Counted from the first letter of the stretch, positions 1 to 11,343 are shown. The stretch is 32,000 bases of DNA from Paramicrosporidium saccamoebae KSL3 (GCA_002794465.1 MTSL01000205.1:61743-93742), one strand, 5' to 3'. Notes: a model not told the origin generated them from the letters alone. Numbers and translations: made by a program.

Positions 1-1
1 T

Positions 2-121
2 GCTCTCCGTGGACAGCTGACGTAGATTTCTAATGAACAAATTAGTGTCCACCTTGGTCCATCTACGACCAACCCAAGGCTTTGTGGACAATCGCCGAAC
101 ATATCGACTGAATAGGCTCAT
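2..121 (-). CDS. 5' part of a gene running off the left edge; N-terminus resembles a mitochondrial presequence
   Basis: ATG at 121 (minus strand); frame is open to the edge: MSLFSRYVRRLSTKPWVGRRWTKVDTNLFIRNLRQLSTES. Arg/Ser-rich with no acidic residue in the first 24 aa. Head-to-head with TPS2. May contain an intron; product unknown. Confidence 0.4.
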   Translation of the reverse strand, partial: MSLFSRYVRRLSTKPWVGRRWTKVDTNLFIRNLRQLSTES

Positions 122-165
122 ACTCGTTAGTAGGCGCCCAATCAGCGTGTGGCTCACGGTCGGAC

Positions 166-2669
166 ATGGAGGTTAAGCTGCCAATGCAGCCCGATACGAG
201 ACGAGTCATTATTGTCTCGGATACCCTACCCGTGGCCATTGTACAGAGAGAGAATGAAGTCCCAGCACGGACTTGTGGCGACAGTCCCAACGAACGACCT
301 CGACGTCGTCGCCGTCTGAGTTTGGCATTCCAGAATGACGCGTCCGAGATACTTTCGTCGACAGAGGAACATAGCCCCATTAGTAATCTGGAAAGATACG
401 AGCTTGTGGAACGACATAATCATGCTGCGTACTGGGTTAATGCGCAACTTGGGTGCGAGGCTGTCTTGGTAGGAAAGCCATTTGGAATTGAACCTTCAGA
501 ATGGGCTGATAATCCCAGCCTACAGGCAGAGATCAAGGAGCGGTATTGGCATGAAAGGAGATGTGTTCCTGTGCTGCTGAGCGAAAGTGTCCATCGTGGA
601 CATTGGGATGGCTACTGCCGGTCGTCATTATGGCCGCTATTCCATTATGTACTCTGGGAGAGCAACATAGACGCTGGACAGACCAGCGACTGGGACAAGT
701 ATGTACAGGCAAATGCCGCATTCTGTGAGACGATAATGTCCGTCTGGAAGCCAAATGATATTAGTATTGATTTTTCATCCCTGTCTGATGCCTAGTTTGG
801 GTCATTGACTACCAACTCATGCTGCTCCCGTCCATGTTGAGGGAGAGGAATGAAAATGTCATTGTGGCATTGTTCCTACGATCTCCATTTCCTAGCTCTG
901 AGGTTTTTCGATGCCTGCCGCGTACAAATACAAGGCTTCTCTAATTTGTAGAGGCCAAGGAAGTTTTGCATGGAATATTGGGGGCCAATGTGGTGGGATT
1001 CCAGACATATGGATATGCACGTCACTTTATCAGCAGCTGCACCAGAATCCTAGGCTGCGAATCAACTCCCAACAGTGTCGACAATGCCGGTGTTCCCGTG
1101 AGAGTTGCTGTGCAGCCAGTGGGCATTGATCCGGCTCGAATAAAGCGACTAGCGTCTCTGCAAGCTGTTACCGATAGGATTGCGTCTTTACGAGAGTCAT
1201 TCGGGGGGAAGCGGATCATCGTTGGCTTGGAATCGTCTGATCAGTCGCGGGGTATAATACACAAGTTGAGATCTTTTGAAAAGCTCTTCTCAATGTACCC
1301 CGAGGTGATTGGCGAAGTTGTTCTGATCCAGCTGATTTATACCACCGGAGATCCAAAGAGCAAGCTTGATGCCCGGGTCTCGCAGCTTGTCTCTAAAATC
1401 AATGGAATGTTTGGCTCGTTTGACTACAAGCCCATCAATGTCTTTCATCAGCTTGTAGAGAGGAATGAATATCTAGCCCTCTTGTCAGTGGCAGATATTC
1501 TTCTTATCACCAGTGAACGAGACAGCGTCAATACACTGGTTCTGGACTACATTGCATGCCAAGAGGAGACTCAAGGGATCCCTGTGATTAGTGAATTTAT
1601 TGGATTGGCTGGAGTGTTACCTGCTAAGTATCAAGTGAACCCTTGGGATCACATGGGAACAGCCAAGGTAATACGGGAAGTGCTGCAGTTGTCCCCGCTG
1701 GAGAGGAGGGCATATTGCGAAAAGATTACCCGCTTTGTCAAGTCGAACACGACGCAACACTGGGTGGATGCCTTCCTTAGGACAATTAAATCCACCGCAG
1801 ATTCTAATAGTATGTACACTACGACTCCCTTCCTCCGGCTGGACAAGGTTCTGGAGTGCTATTCAGAGGCTACAAAACGGTTAATTTTGTTGGACTACGA
1901 TGGAACGTTGACACCCATCAGAAAAGTCCCCAGCGCAGCAACGCCGTCGCAGGAGGTAATTCGATCTTTGCGTCTTCTCACTTCCGACTCGCACAACCTT
2001 GTATATATAATCTCAGGGAGAGACCAGATGACGCTTGAAGGATGGCTGGGAACTATTCCGCGTCTGGGGATGAGCGCCGAGCATGGGAGCTTCCTTCGTC
2101 CTGTGACAGAGACTGGCGAAGTTACTAATTGGATGGCAATGGTTTCACTGGAAGAACTCGTGTGGAAGGACGACGTTACCAAGATTATGGAGTACTATAC
2201 AGAGAGGACGCCGGGTTCGTTTATTGAAGTCAAGACTGCCTCCATGACATGGCACTATCGGCTTGCTGATCCAGACTTTGGATCGTGGCAATCCAAAGAG
2301 ATGCAAAACCACCTGGAACAATCGATTGCATCAAACTATGCAGTGGAAATTATCGCAGGGAAGAAGAACTTGGAGGTGAGGCCCAAGACTTCGAACAAGG
2401 GCGAGATTATCAAAATGCTTCTGGAGAGACATGGGATGCCCAATTTCATCCTGTGTGCTGGAGACGATCGCACAGATGAGGACATGTTTCGGGCGCTAAA
2501 CGACATTCAGTGTCCAATTTTGGAGCAACAATGTTTCACCTGCAGCATCGGAGCGCCTGGGAAAAGAACGCTTGCACATTATCATGTAAACACACCAGAG
2601 CAAATTGTGAGTCTACTGATGCGACTCTGCACAATGATCACAGAGCGACTTGCTGGATTGACAATGTAA
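166..2669 (+). CDS. TPS2: Trehalose-6-phosphate phosphatase (Tps2-type): GT20 TPS-like domain plus HAD phosphatase domain
   Basis: join(166..763,796..921,952..2669), 813 aa. Introns of 32 and 30 nt restore IWVIDYQLMLLP and FPSSEVFRCLPQAKEVLHGILGANVVGFQ. HAD motifs LLDYDGTLTP, GMSAEHG, WHYR, EVRP, GDDRTDEDMF. Confidence 0.9.
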
Positions 2670-2802
2670 TAAAAATGTCCCGATTTGAACGGCGAGAGGC
2701 AAAATACTGGAGAATTGATACTCCCCCCTCGTTTTAGTATTTTCTCTACCACGCGAAAAACTCGCTGGATCAACAATGTAATAAAGATGCCCCGATTTGG
2801 AC
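2652..2802 (+). repeat. 39-bp imperfect direct repeat (2652-2690 and 2764-2802)
   Basis: gctggattgacaatgtaataaaaatgtcccgatttgaac versus gctggatcaacaatgtaataaagatgccccgatttggac; 34/39 identical. Confidence 0.85.
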
Positions 2803-2809
2803 AAATTTG

Positions 2810-3730
2810 ATGCTACTCGTAGTGTTTTTATGCGTGATTGTGCTTGTGAAGGGAGAGGTAGAAAGCAAATCCTTTCCAGGCCTAACCAAAAGAGACAGCT
2901 ATATTACTTTTCCTGTCGCCAAACATGTACACAGTCATCTCTTAATCCTCACGGGTTCAGTTTAGATTGGACAGACCGATTGTTCATTATCACAATTCGA
3001 CCACCTATCGGAACGTCCCGTACCATTGTAACCCTACAGCATCGCTTATTTGTTAGATGTTCGTCTTGACAATCCAAATGGACATTTGCACGTAATCACA
3101 GCTGGAGATAAGGGCTGTCCTGGCAGGATGAGCACCAGCGATACGGCTCGTCTACTTGGCTGCAAAGTTGCCACGAATGCCGGCTTTTTTAACATGCAAA
3201 CCGGCGACTGCATTGGAAATGTTGTCTCGCGCTCCCATCTCGTCCAACTCAGCGGCCTGCGCAATGTTAACATTGGTCTCACTCCTGCTGGATGGCTCGT
3301 GGGTTATCTCACCAAAAAAAGCGTTCAGCATCTCCAATTCAAAGAGTTGGTTGCCGGCGTCATCTGGCTTATCAGAGAAGGCGCACCGTTCTGGGAAGAG
3401 AGCGAAATAGTCGAGGCACCTGATTTCATGGACATCGTTGCGCCACGCACCATCTTGGGACACGATGCCATGGGGAGGGCGGTGCTCGTGGTGGTGGAGG
3501 GCACCGAGTCGGTGGATGTGGGTGGCAAGACGGCATCAGGGGTGACAATTGCCGAATTGGGGCAACTCGCATTAGACTTGAAGTTGCACAATGCCATTAA
3601 CCTGGATGGCGGTGGAAGTTCAGCCTTCTTCTTTGATGGCCAAATGATGAACACGATTACAGAAACGTGTCCAGATGATCCATCGAGCATATGCGAGAGG
3701 TTAGTAACTACCATTATCTGTATCAAATAA
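2810..3730 (+). CDS. NAGPA: NAGPA-like phosphodiester glycosidase (N-acetylglucosamine-1-phosphodiester alpha-N-acetylglucosaminidase family), probably secreted; 5' exon structure unresolved
   Basis: ORF 3050..3730 has CKVATNAGFFNMQTGDCIGNVVS, LVAGVIWLIREG, APRTILGHD, AINLDGGGS and C..RLVTTIIC, paralleling the human NAGPA catalytic domain. ATG 2810 gives a signal-like MLLVVFLCVIVLVKG. One or two short introns between about 2925 and 3056 could not be placed unambiguously. Confidence 0.75.
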
Positions 3731-3863
3731 ACCTTGGTGGAGAAAGTGTGCGAGTATGAGTGTGTATAAGGATCGAAAAATATCTAAATGATCCCTATTT
3801 TATAACTGCTGGTCTCATACTCCCACAGACTTCACGCACAGCGCTTACAGTACAAAAGACAGT

Positions 3864-4301
3864 TTACTTTGTCCGGATTAACTTTAATGGCGCAGGCGAG
3901 TAGGCGAAATTGGCTGCATAAGATTTATGTCGCCAATGTGTTTCTTCTCCGCTACGCACTGCGTATTGCCAACCTTGTCTTTCGGCAAACCGCACCGCAT
4001 CTGCTTCACTGTCAAACTTTAAACTGACACCCTGCATTGCGTCACGGGAACTCGTCCAGCCCATTAGGGGATTCTCCCATCGGGCTTGTTCGTTGTCAAA
4101 GTCAAGCCGCCACGCAGAGGTATGGAGTAGACCGCTTTGCATGGCATTGCGAGCCGGTTGGTAAATGTACACACGGCGAGCCGTTAATCCTGGGGGCGTA
4201 CTGGCAGCCGCATTAACCCGAACTTCTGGCACTGCAACCGGTGCTACATTCCGGGTGGAGAAGCGCCGAAGAAGAGCAAATAACTTGTGTTGCGGCGGCA
4301 T
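3864..4301 (-). CDS. NDUFS4: NADH:ubiquinone oxidoreductase subunit NDUFS4 (18/21 kDa, NUYM)
   Basis: IYQPARNAMQSG, RWENPLMGWTSSRD, FDSEADAVRFAERQGW, KSYAANF. Start placed at ATG 4301 (MPPQHKLFALLRRFSTR, presequence-like); 145 aa. Confidence 0.9.
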   Translation of the reverse strand: MPPQHKLFALLRRFSTRNVAPVAVPEVRVNAAASTPPGLTARRVYIYQPARNAMQSGLLHTSAWRLDFDNEQARWENPLMGWTSSRDAMQGVSLKFDSEADAVRFAERQGWQYAVRSGEETHWRHKSYAANFAYSPAPLKLIRTK

Positions 4302-4317
4302 TTGATTGGTTGGGAGT

Positions 4318-7017
4318 ATGAATCCGGATGAAGAGTTATCAAAACTTGGGGTAGAGGCAGTTGATGTGGGAGAATATGAGTCTTCCTTTGAAAAAAAGGT
4401 GCGGCCAAGACGAAAGCTTCCTAGACGTGTAGGTTGATCGTGAAATGAGGGAACAGGAACGGACACTGGAATGGAAGCGGCTGGAAAAGACACGAGAGAG
4501 TATTGCAACGCTGCGATTACGCATCGATACGGCCTCGGAAAAGGTTTCAGTAGCAAGGCTAGCCAAACTAGTAATGCTAGGATAGTCTACTGATTATAGA
4601 TGGACCGGATGGACGAGCTGCTAGAAGAAGAGAGGCTTATTTTGGAGCGTATCGATATGCATGTCCACGAAAGGACAGTGCCAGCTGTTGCTCCGGCCAA
4701 GAGGCCAAAGCTGGCTGCTGAGACAATACCCGTGAAAGAGGTTGTAAATGTTGAAGATGGCGCATCCGATGCCTCGGTGGTGTCAGGGGAAGAAACTGAA
4801 GAATCCTACGACGATGGCAACGAAGCCTTTTTCCAGTCGAGACTAAAGAGATGGATCGATGAATTTGGGGGAGAGGTAGATCTGTCAATTCTGCAAAAGG
4901 ATTTGGAAGAGCAAGCCAGTGGCTTGACGTTTCCAGCACTCGTCAACACGGACGTGCCGGGATTCAAAGTGCCCTCCATGGTTTGGGAACGATTGCTCGA
5001 CTATCAGCGAGACGGTGTACAATGGCTCTTGAATCTTTATCGACAGGAGGTAGGGGGCATTTTGGGTGACGAAATGGGTCTGGGAAAGACGATCCAAATT
5101 GTGGCACTCATTTCATCCCTCCAAGCCAGTGGAAAGCTGGATCGACCCGTCTTGGTGGTTTGTCCAGCGACAGTGATGAAGCAGTGGGTCAAAGAGTTTC
5201 ATTCATGGTGGCCAATCCTACGCATCGTGCTACTTCATTCGGCTGGCAGCTTGGGAGGTGATCTTAAAAAGGCAATCAAGTCGGTTTCGCGAAAAGGCCA
5301 CGTCATGGTTACCTCATACGGACACTTGCAGCATCGGATAATTGGGAAAAGGATTTTGGAAGAGACCTTTAGTGCAGTGATCCTCGACGAAGGACACAAA
5401 ATTCGCAATCCAACCACTGAAATTACCGTCTTGTGCAAAAAGCTACAAACTCCACATCGGTTCATCTTGTCGGGAACGCCGATCCAAAACAATTTGATCG
5501 AGCTGTGGTCATTGATGGATTTTGTGTATCCGGGACGGCTGGGAACATTAAATGTGTTCAAGGCTGAAATTGCATTGCCTATTAATGCGGGTGGCTATTT
5601 AAATGCTTCCTCGCTTTTGGTTCAGACCTCGTACAAGTGTGCCTGCATCCTCAAAGACCTCATTGCCCCATACCTCCTAAGGAGAGTAAAGGCGGATGTT
5701 GCGCAGAGTTTGCCCGAGAAGCAGGAACAGGTATTGTTCTGCCAGCTTACAGAATATCAGCGCGAGTTGTATGAGCATTATATTCAATCCGAAGATGTCA
5801 GAGCAATTTTATCAGGGGAAAAGAACATTTTGGCTGGAATCGACATTCTTCGCAAGATTTGTAACCATCCCTCCCTACTAAGAGTTGAAGATGAGCAACT
5901 TTATGGCCTCACACACATTAGTGTACCGACAGATCCCAATTTGAAAAGTGGAAAACTAAATGTTCTCACCAGTATCCTTCAGCATTGGCATGCGAACGGG
6001 CATCGAGTCTTGTTATTCTCTCAGACCCGACAAATGCTCAACATTATAGAAGATTTTATCGTCCAGAGCAATTTTCGCCATCTTCGCATGGACGGCACTA
6101 CCCCAATCCACCAACGAATGGCACTCGTGGACGAGTTTAATGGAAAAAGGGACATATTCATCTTTCTCCTCACAACCAAAGTTGGTGGGCTGGGCATCAA
6201 TCTGACCGGAGCAGATCGTGTGCTTATTTATGATCCAGACTGGAATCCCTCCACAGACATTCAGGCAAGAGAACGAGCATGGCGACTCGGCCAGACGAGA
6301 CCCGTCACTATATACCGGATGCTGACGGTGGGTACTATTGAGGAAAAGATTTACCATCGACAAATCTTTAAGCAATATTTGACAAACCGGATTCTGGCAG
6401 ATCCCAAGCAAACACGCTTTTTCAAGTCTTCTGACTTGTATGATTTGTTTACATTATCAAGTGTTGAATCCCATGACGTATCTGAGACAAAGGCCCTTTT
6501 GGAGGAGTCGTCCAAAGAAGACAATAGTCACATTTTGGATGGCTTGCTGCAGATTACAGGATTGCATTCGGCACTTGAGCATGACAAGTTGATTGAAAAG
6601 CCAAAGCGTGAGTTGCTATTAGTAGAGAGGGAGGCCCAGAAACGTGCAGCCGAGGCCATTGAGGCGCTGCAGAGATCCCGAGAGATGCGCAATCTGGACA
6701 CGATCCAGGTGAGTCTTGGCGCTGGTTTGTCGTCGTCTGCCATCATGGCTAGTATCCGCCGACGACAGCTAGCAGCCACAGATGACACTCCTGTCACTGT
6801 GCCGGCTGGACAGGAGCCGCTGCAAAAGATTGTGGATCAGCTTTTCGTATTGTTTACTCTGAGTCATGGAAAGTGCTCGAGTCAGTTCATTGCATCCAAG
6901 TTTTCATTCGTAGTAGGAGACGATGCAATTGCATTCCGCCAGGTATTGCGCACAATTGCCACATTGGATGGAAGTGGAATGTGGAGACTAAAGGACCAAT
7001 ATTATAGAGCAACCTAA
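4318..7017 (+). CDS. RAD26: SNF2-family transcription-coupled repair ATPase Rad26/CSB
   Basis: join(4318..4398,4433..4570,4600..7017), 878 aa; introns of 34 and 29 nt. Motifs GGILGDEMGLGKT, LDEGHKIRNP, LSGTPIQNNL, RKICNHP, PDWNPSTDIQARERAWRLGQ, IEEKIYHRQIFKQ. Confidence 0.9.
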
Positions 7018-7095
7018 GGTCTGGGGAGGCAAAGATATCGTATAAATACTGTATAATGGCATATTAGAAATCAGTGCGTGGTATAAATTGCAGTT

Positions 7096-7459
7096 TTACT
7101 TCCTATCCTCCACCATGATAATGTGATAGCCAAATTGAGTCTTGACAGGTGGATCTGTGTAGATGGGGCAGTTGACCGTGCTTGGCTGCAGTTGAAAGGC
7201 AGCCTCCTGGAATGCCCCCACCATTGACCCGCGTACCATCCAGCCCAAACTGCCTCCTTGCCGCGCCTTGTCCTCGCTAAACTTTTCTGCAACACTGTTG
7301 AAACTCTGGCCGGCTTTGAGCAGAGCCATTGCCTCCATACACTTGCCATGCTTCTCGCACAATATGTGACGAACCTTGACTGACGTGGCCGATTTCAGCT
7401 CGTCTAGAATATAGCCAAATGGACTGTGACTTACCATTACCCTTCTTCTTGGGTGGCAT
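7096..7459 (-). CDS. PIN4: Parvulin-type peptidyl-prolyl isomerase (Par14/PIN4)
   Basis: complement join(7435..7459,7096..7403), 110 aa; 31-nt intron beginning [47 protein letters not shown]. Confidence 0.9.
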
Positions 7460-7488
7460 GAAATGTCCAACCAATCGGGACCCGTCGC

Positions 7489-9552
7489 ATGAATAGCCCG
7501 CGAGACGCCCTCCGTCCTCGGGACATGTCCAGTCTGGAAGCCCAACTTCGCACCTCTGTGCGTGTGCAACTGGAGAATACGCGTGACAGTATCCGTTGCC
7601 TCTCTGCCTCTCAGGACCGTCTGCGCGAATCCGGCGGAGCACTGGCCCGAGTTATTGACCTTTGTGAGCAATCTGAAACGCTGATAGATAATTATCCATT
7701 CATCAAGCAGGTGAGCCGAACACACCAGAATTTCGCACTGACAAAGCGCGTTTTCGACGAATTTTGTGCACTGGATGCCAAAGTGGAGCGATGTGCGGGC
7801 CTGCTGCAAATGGACCAGGAGAGTGGACAGCCAGACAACCTGTTGTTAGTATTCTACTACCTGTCGAGGCTGGAAATGTTCCGGAGGCAGACACTGGAGC
7901 TGATGCAGGATGCGCCTTCTACAGCAGTGTACACAATCAAACGATATTTCAAGAAATTGGACGATTTGGCCAATTCATTTGAAGAATTTTTCTGGCGTCT
8001 CCCCAAGCAAATTTTCACCATGGCTGAGGAGGGTCAGGCCACGCACTTGGTGATGATGGTCAAAGTGCTGGTGGCAATGGATGTGGCAGAGAGGCCTCGC
8101 TTCAATACAATTTTGGACGATCTAATTGCAACAAAGTTTACGACTGCAATTGCTGCAGGCGGAGTGACGCCGGCAGAGGAACCTTCCTCGGTTTTGGAGG
8201 CAATTTCTTTCTGGCAGAATGATTTGATGGTGGTGAGGAATGATTTGGTCCCCAAGTTTCCCACTTCGTTTAATATTTTGGATTTTTTCGTTCTGACGTA
8301 CCATCGAAACATTCACTCAATCCTGGCCCAGTGTCTGGGGACCAAACTGGGACCAGCTGATATTTTGTATATCATCGGCTGGGTCCGAACATATCATGAC
8401 GAGATGGCAGCCCAATTGGGCATCTCTGCCGATGATTTAGAGCCCAGATTGTTGGACGATCGGGAGCCACAGCTGATTGCCGAATATGTGGCCCTGTCGC
8501 GAGCCAAGATTAACGAATGGATAGGCAATCTGTTGGCGGCAGAGGCCAAAAACTTTGCAGAACGGACAGAGGCTCCAGACACAGATGCTGACAATCATTA
8601 CATGACCCCGGCAGGGATCGATCTCTTTCAGATTGTCAAGCAACACATTGACACTGTGGCACAAGCCAGTCGTGGTCGATTAGTGTTGGAGATTGTGGGC
8701 GAGTGTGTCAAGTCGGTGAATGGCTTCATCTCTGGGATGGCCAAGGCGTTGGAGAGTGAAAAGACAAGGTATCTGGACAAGCCCGACACAGCCGCTCCAT
8801 ATTTTGAAGATTACGTAATCATGCTGGGAAATACTTGTCTGAAATGGGTCAGCTATCTCGACGATCTAACAGGCGACTTGGAGGAAATTCTTGCATCCGA
8901 GTTTGTTGCGTCGGGGACGAAGACTTTGAAGACGCTTGGCGAGGGATTCGTGAACCTGGCCAAGGTGTGCACGCAAGTGCTGGCCGAGATTATCTTCCGA
9001 TCAGTGAAACCGGCAGTTCAGCAGCTATTTACCAATGTGTGGTATGGTGACGAAAACCTGGTAGAGTCCATCGTGGCTACTTTTGACGACTTTTTCAAAG
9101 ACTATCAGGAGCATGCTGACACGTTTTTGCTCAATAAGCTGGTTGCCGATGTCTTAGAGCGTCTCTTCTTGACCTACCTGGATCAATTGCGTTCCAAGTC
9201 AAGCAAGCTCAAAATGCCCACTGCAGCGACGCTTCTCTCCTCTGACGTCTCCTCCGTAATTTCCTTCTTCTCCACCTACCGCGACCCTGATCGGGTCAAG
9301 AAGGCTCTCGACCCGCTGGCCAAATTTGTTGCACTAATAGGATCATCTCAAAGGATGATATTTTTAGAGTTTGTGTCCTTCTGGAAGGTATATCCAGATG
9401 TGCCACTGGGGCTGTTTGAAGAGGTTTTGGGACGGAGAGACGATCTGGAGCGGGCAGCAGTGAGGGAAATTGTGGAAAGTTGTCGAAAAAAGACGCAAGA
9501 GGACAAGATTGTGGAAGCGGCACCCTCTATATTTTCAAAGGTGAAGCCCTAG
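7489..9552 (+). CDS. SEC6: Exocyst subunit Sec6/EXOC3
   Basis: 687-aa helical ORF with [33 protein letters not shown] and YPDVP...LGRRDDL near the C-terminus. Start could be 7489 or 7525. Confidence 0.8.
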   Translation: MNSPRDALRPRDMSSLEAQLRTSVRVQLENTRDSIRCLSASQDRLRESGGALARVIDLCEQSETLIDNYPFIKQVSRTHQNFALTKRVFDEFCALDAKVERCAGLLQMDQESGQPDNLLLVFYYLSRLEMFRRQTLELMQDAPSTAVYTIKRYFKKLDDLANSFEEFFWRLPKQIFTMAEEGQATHLVMMVKVLVAMDVAERPRFNTILDDLIATKFTTAIAAGGVTPAEEPSSVLEAISFWQNDLMVVRNDLVPKFPTSFNILDFFVLTYHRNIHSILAQCLGTKLGPADILYIIGWVRTYHDEMAAQLGISADDLEPRLLDDREPQLIAEYVALSRAKINEWIGNLLAAEAKNFAERTEAPDTDADNHYMTPAGIDLFQIVKQHIDTVAQASRGRLVLEIVGECVKSVNGFISGMAKALESEKTRYLDKPDTAAPYFEDYVIMLGNTCLKWVSYLDDLTGDLEEILASEFVASGTKTLKTLGEGFVNLAKVCTQVLAEIIFRSVKPAVQQLFTNVWYGDENLVESIVATFDDFFKDYQEHADTFLLNKLVADVLERLFLTYLDQLRSKSSKLKMPTAATLLSSDVSSVISFFSTYRDPDRVKKALDPLAKFVALIGSSQRMIFLEFVSFWKVYPDVPLGLFEEVLGRRDDLERAAVREIVESCRKKTQEDKIVEAAPSIFSKVKP

Positions 9553-9857
9553 ATAATTGTTCAATTTGTAAAGTATTAGTGGGGGGATATAGATGATGTG
9601 TAAAAAAAGTGTAGAGGGTGTGTAGAGGATTTATAGAAAATTTGGAAATGATGTGCAGAGGATGTATAGATAACGTGGGGAGGATGTGAAAAGAATGTGT
9701 ACATGTCAACCCGTGTGTAGAGTGGCGGACCGGTACTAAATGGATGCTATTTAACATATACAATTGCATCTGCTGACCCGCTGTAAAGTCATGATTCAAA
9801 ACATACTACTCTGTATTGCTATTGCTATATACCGCAACCGCTGCTACATTGTATGGG

Positions 9858-11162
9858 TTAGTGGATCTTGGCAAGTGCATCCATCAGAACAGTCATATCG
9901 CTGCTAATATTGCCGGCAAATTTGAGCACCTTTTCCTTAGTGTCCAACACCTCGACAGTCTGCGTGTAGGGGTTGTAGCGCACTGTGAAGGGACGATCCA
10001 TGGTGGTGGCAAACTCCCGAATACGTTCCTGGGCATTTTTGAAGCTCTCGGCAACAAAGTAGAGGGGCTGGAAGCGGGTGACGGGATATTCCTGCAGCGC
10101 CGTATTGGGCGGATCAAAGGGCAATTTGGCGGGCTCTTCAGTCAGACAATACTCCAACTCGCCAAAGGAGGACAACAGACCGGCTCCATAGGCACGCAAC
10201 TCGCCGTCCTGCTTGCACAGACCAAATTCGACAGTAAACCAATAGATGGTGGCCAATTTCTTAATGTCCTCGTCAGAGGCCCCCAGGGAGACGAGTCCGA
10301 TCTCCTGCGAAAAGGCCGCAAAGTCGGGATCAGCAAACAATGGCACATGGCCGAGTAGCTCATGACAGACATCCGGTTCGGGGGTGTAAAAGGGTTTTGA
10401 ATGATGACGAATGTACTGCGTGGAGTGGAAGACGCGGAAGGCAAGACCGGCTAAAAAGTCGCGTGAACTAAGTAATCCCATGACAGGACGCAGAGTAAAG
10501 CCGGTACAATCCTTGAGAAAGTTGGAAATGTCCTCCAACTGTGGAATAGAGTTGGGCGAGTAGCCGCAGTTCTGGATCAGTAAGGGAAAGACATACTGAT
10601 GCTCCTTGCACGCATGGGTCGGATACATAGTCACCAGTCGCTCATAGACGGCATTCCATGTCTTAATCTCTTTCGCCGTGTACTCTATGCGCGGAATGGG
10701 CTGGCCCGTCTTGTGAGAACGGGCAATGGCAGTAATCTCTGCCCGTCGCTGACGATATGCCTCGTCGGTGAAGCCTGGATGATCGGCCGATAATGCCTCC
10801 CCAAACTCCAACGTCTTGGTTGCAAACCCATCCAGGTCGCCCATCTTGCGGGGGAACCATGGGATTGCACAGGTTTTGACGAGTTGGGGATTCTTGCTGA
10901 TGACAGTCACAGTCTTTGTGACCGCCATCAAATACTTTTTCAGCTGCTCCACCTGAGCGGGGTCGTTTGAAATAAACTCGGTCATAAAATCATATTCCCA
11001 TTCAAAGTTCCGCGACGGCCGCGATTCAATGTGACTCAGCGACACGCCCGCCTGCTGAAAGCATCGCAATGCATTCTCCAGCGAGCCCGGCTTGTCTTCC
11101 ACTGTAAAAAGAAGCGTAAGACGAGGATTGTCAGCGTCAATGTCGACCGATGTAGTCTGCAT
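9858..11162 (-). CDS. PAH: Phenylalanine-4-hydroxylase (ACT domain plus biopterin-dependent catalytic domain)
   Basis: ACT-like SHIESRPS; PWFPRK; [12 protein letters not shown]; iron ligands in [12 protein letters not shown] and YWFTVEFGL; [12 protein letters not shown]; [11 protein letters not shown]. Trp in YWFT and Val in YPVT fit Phe specificity. Confidence 0.92.
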   Translation of the reverse strand: MQTTSVDIDADNPRLTLLFTVEDKPGSLENALRCFQQAGVSLSHIESRPSRNFEWEYDFMTEFISNDPAQVEQLKKYLMAVTKTVTVISKNPQLVKTCAIPWFPRKMGDLDGFATKTLEFGEALSADHPGFTDEAYRQRRAEITAIARSHKTGQPIPRIEYTAKEIKTWNAVYERLVTMYPTHACKEHQYVFPLLIQNCGYSPNSIPQLEDISNFLKDCTGFTLRPVMGLLSSRDFLAGLAFRVFHSTQYIRHHSKPFYTPEPDVCHELLGHVPLFADPDFAAFSQEIGLVSLGASDEDIKKLATIYWFTVEFGLCKQDGELRAYGAGLLSSFGELEYCLTEEPAKLPFDPPNTALQEYPVTRFQPLYFVAESFKNAQERIREFATTMDRPFTVRYNPYTQTVEVLDTKEKVLKFAGNISSDMTVLMDALAKIH

Positions 11163-11301
11163 GAATCATGGCCGACAAATCACCGTCTAAATACACAAAC
11201 CCATTCTGACCGACGAATCACAATCAACGAACCGTTCAGTAGAAAGGACAATTTACTAACGTTACTTACATCAGCGCACCCATTGATTTTGTTGGATTGT
11301 A

Positions 11302-11317
11302 GGCATTTAAAAATGCC
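11302..11317 (-). promoter_or_regulatory. Histone mRNA 3' stem-loop (H4)
   Basis: Sense sequence GGCATT-TTTA-AATGCC, 26 nt after the H4 stop; 6-bp stem, 4-nt loop. Confidence 0.8.
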
Positions 11318-11343
11318 ATTGAGTATTATGAACAGACGGATGC

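Noticed and set aside
4302-4556. 5' extension of the NDUFS4 ORF (230 aa in the track)
   Set aside because: It is antisense to RAD26 exons 1-2 and begins at a non-ATG codon; the presequence-like region starts at 4301.
7460-7809. 5' extension of the parvulin ORF (237 aa)
   Set aside because: It is antisense to SEC6; a GTAAGT...TAG intron gives a normal-sized 110-aa Par14.
9816-10358. 180-aa ORF antisense to PAH and the many other short alternative-frame ORFs
   Set aside because: Shadows of real genes with no motifs or independent signals.
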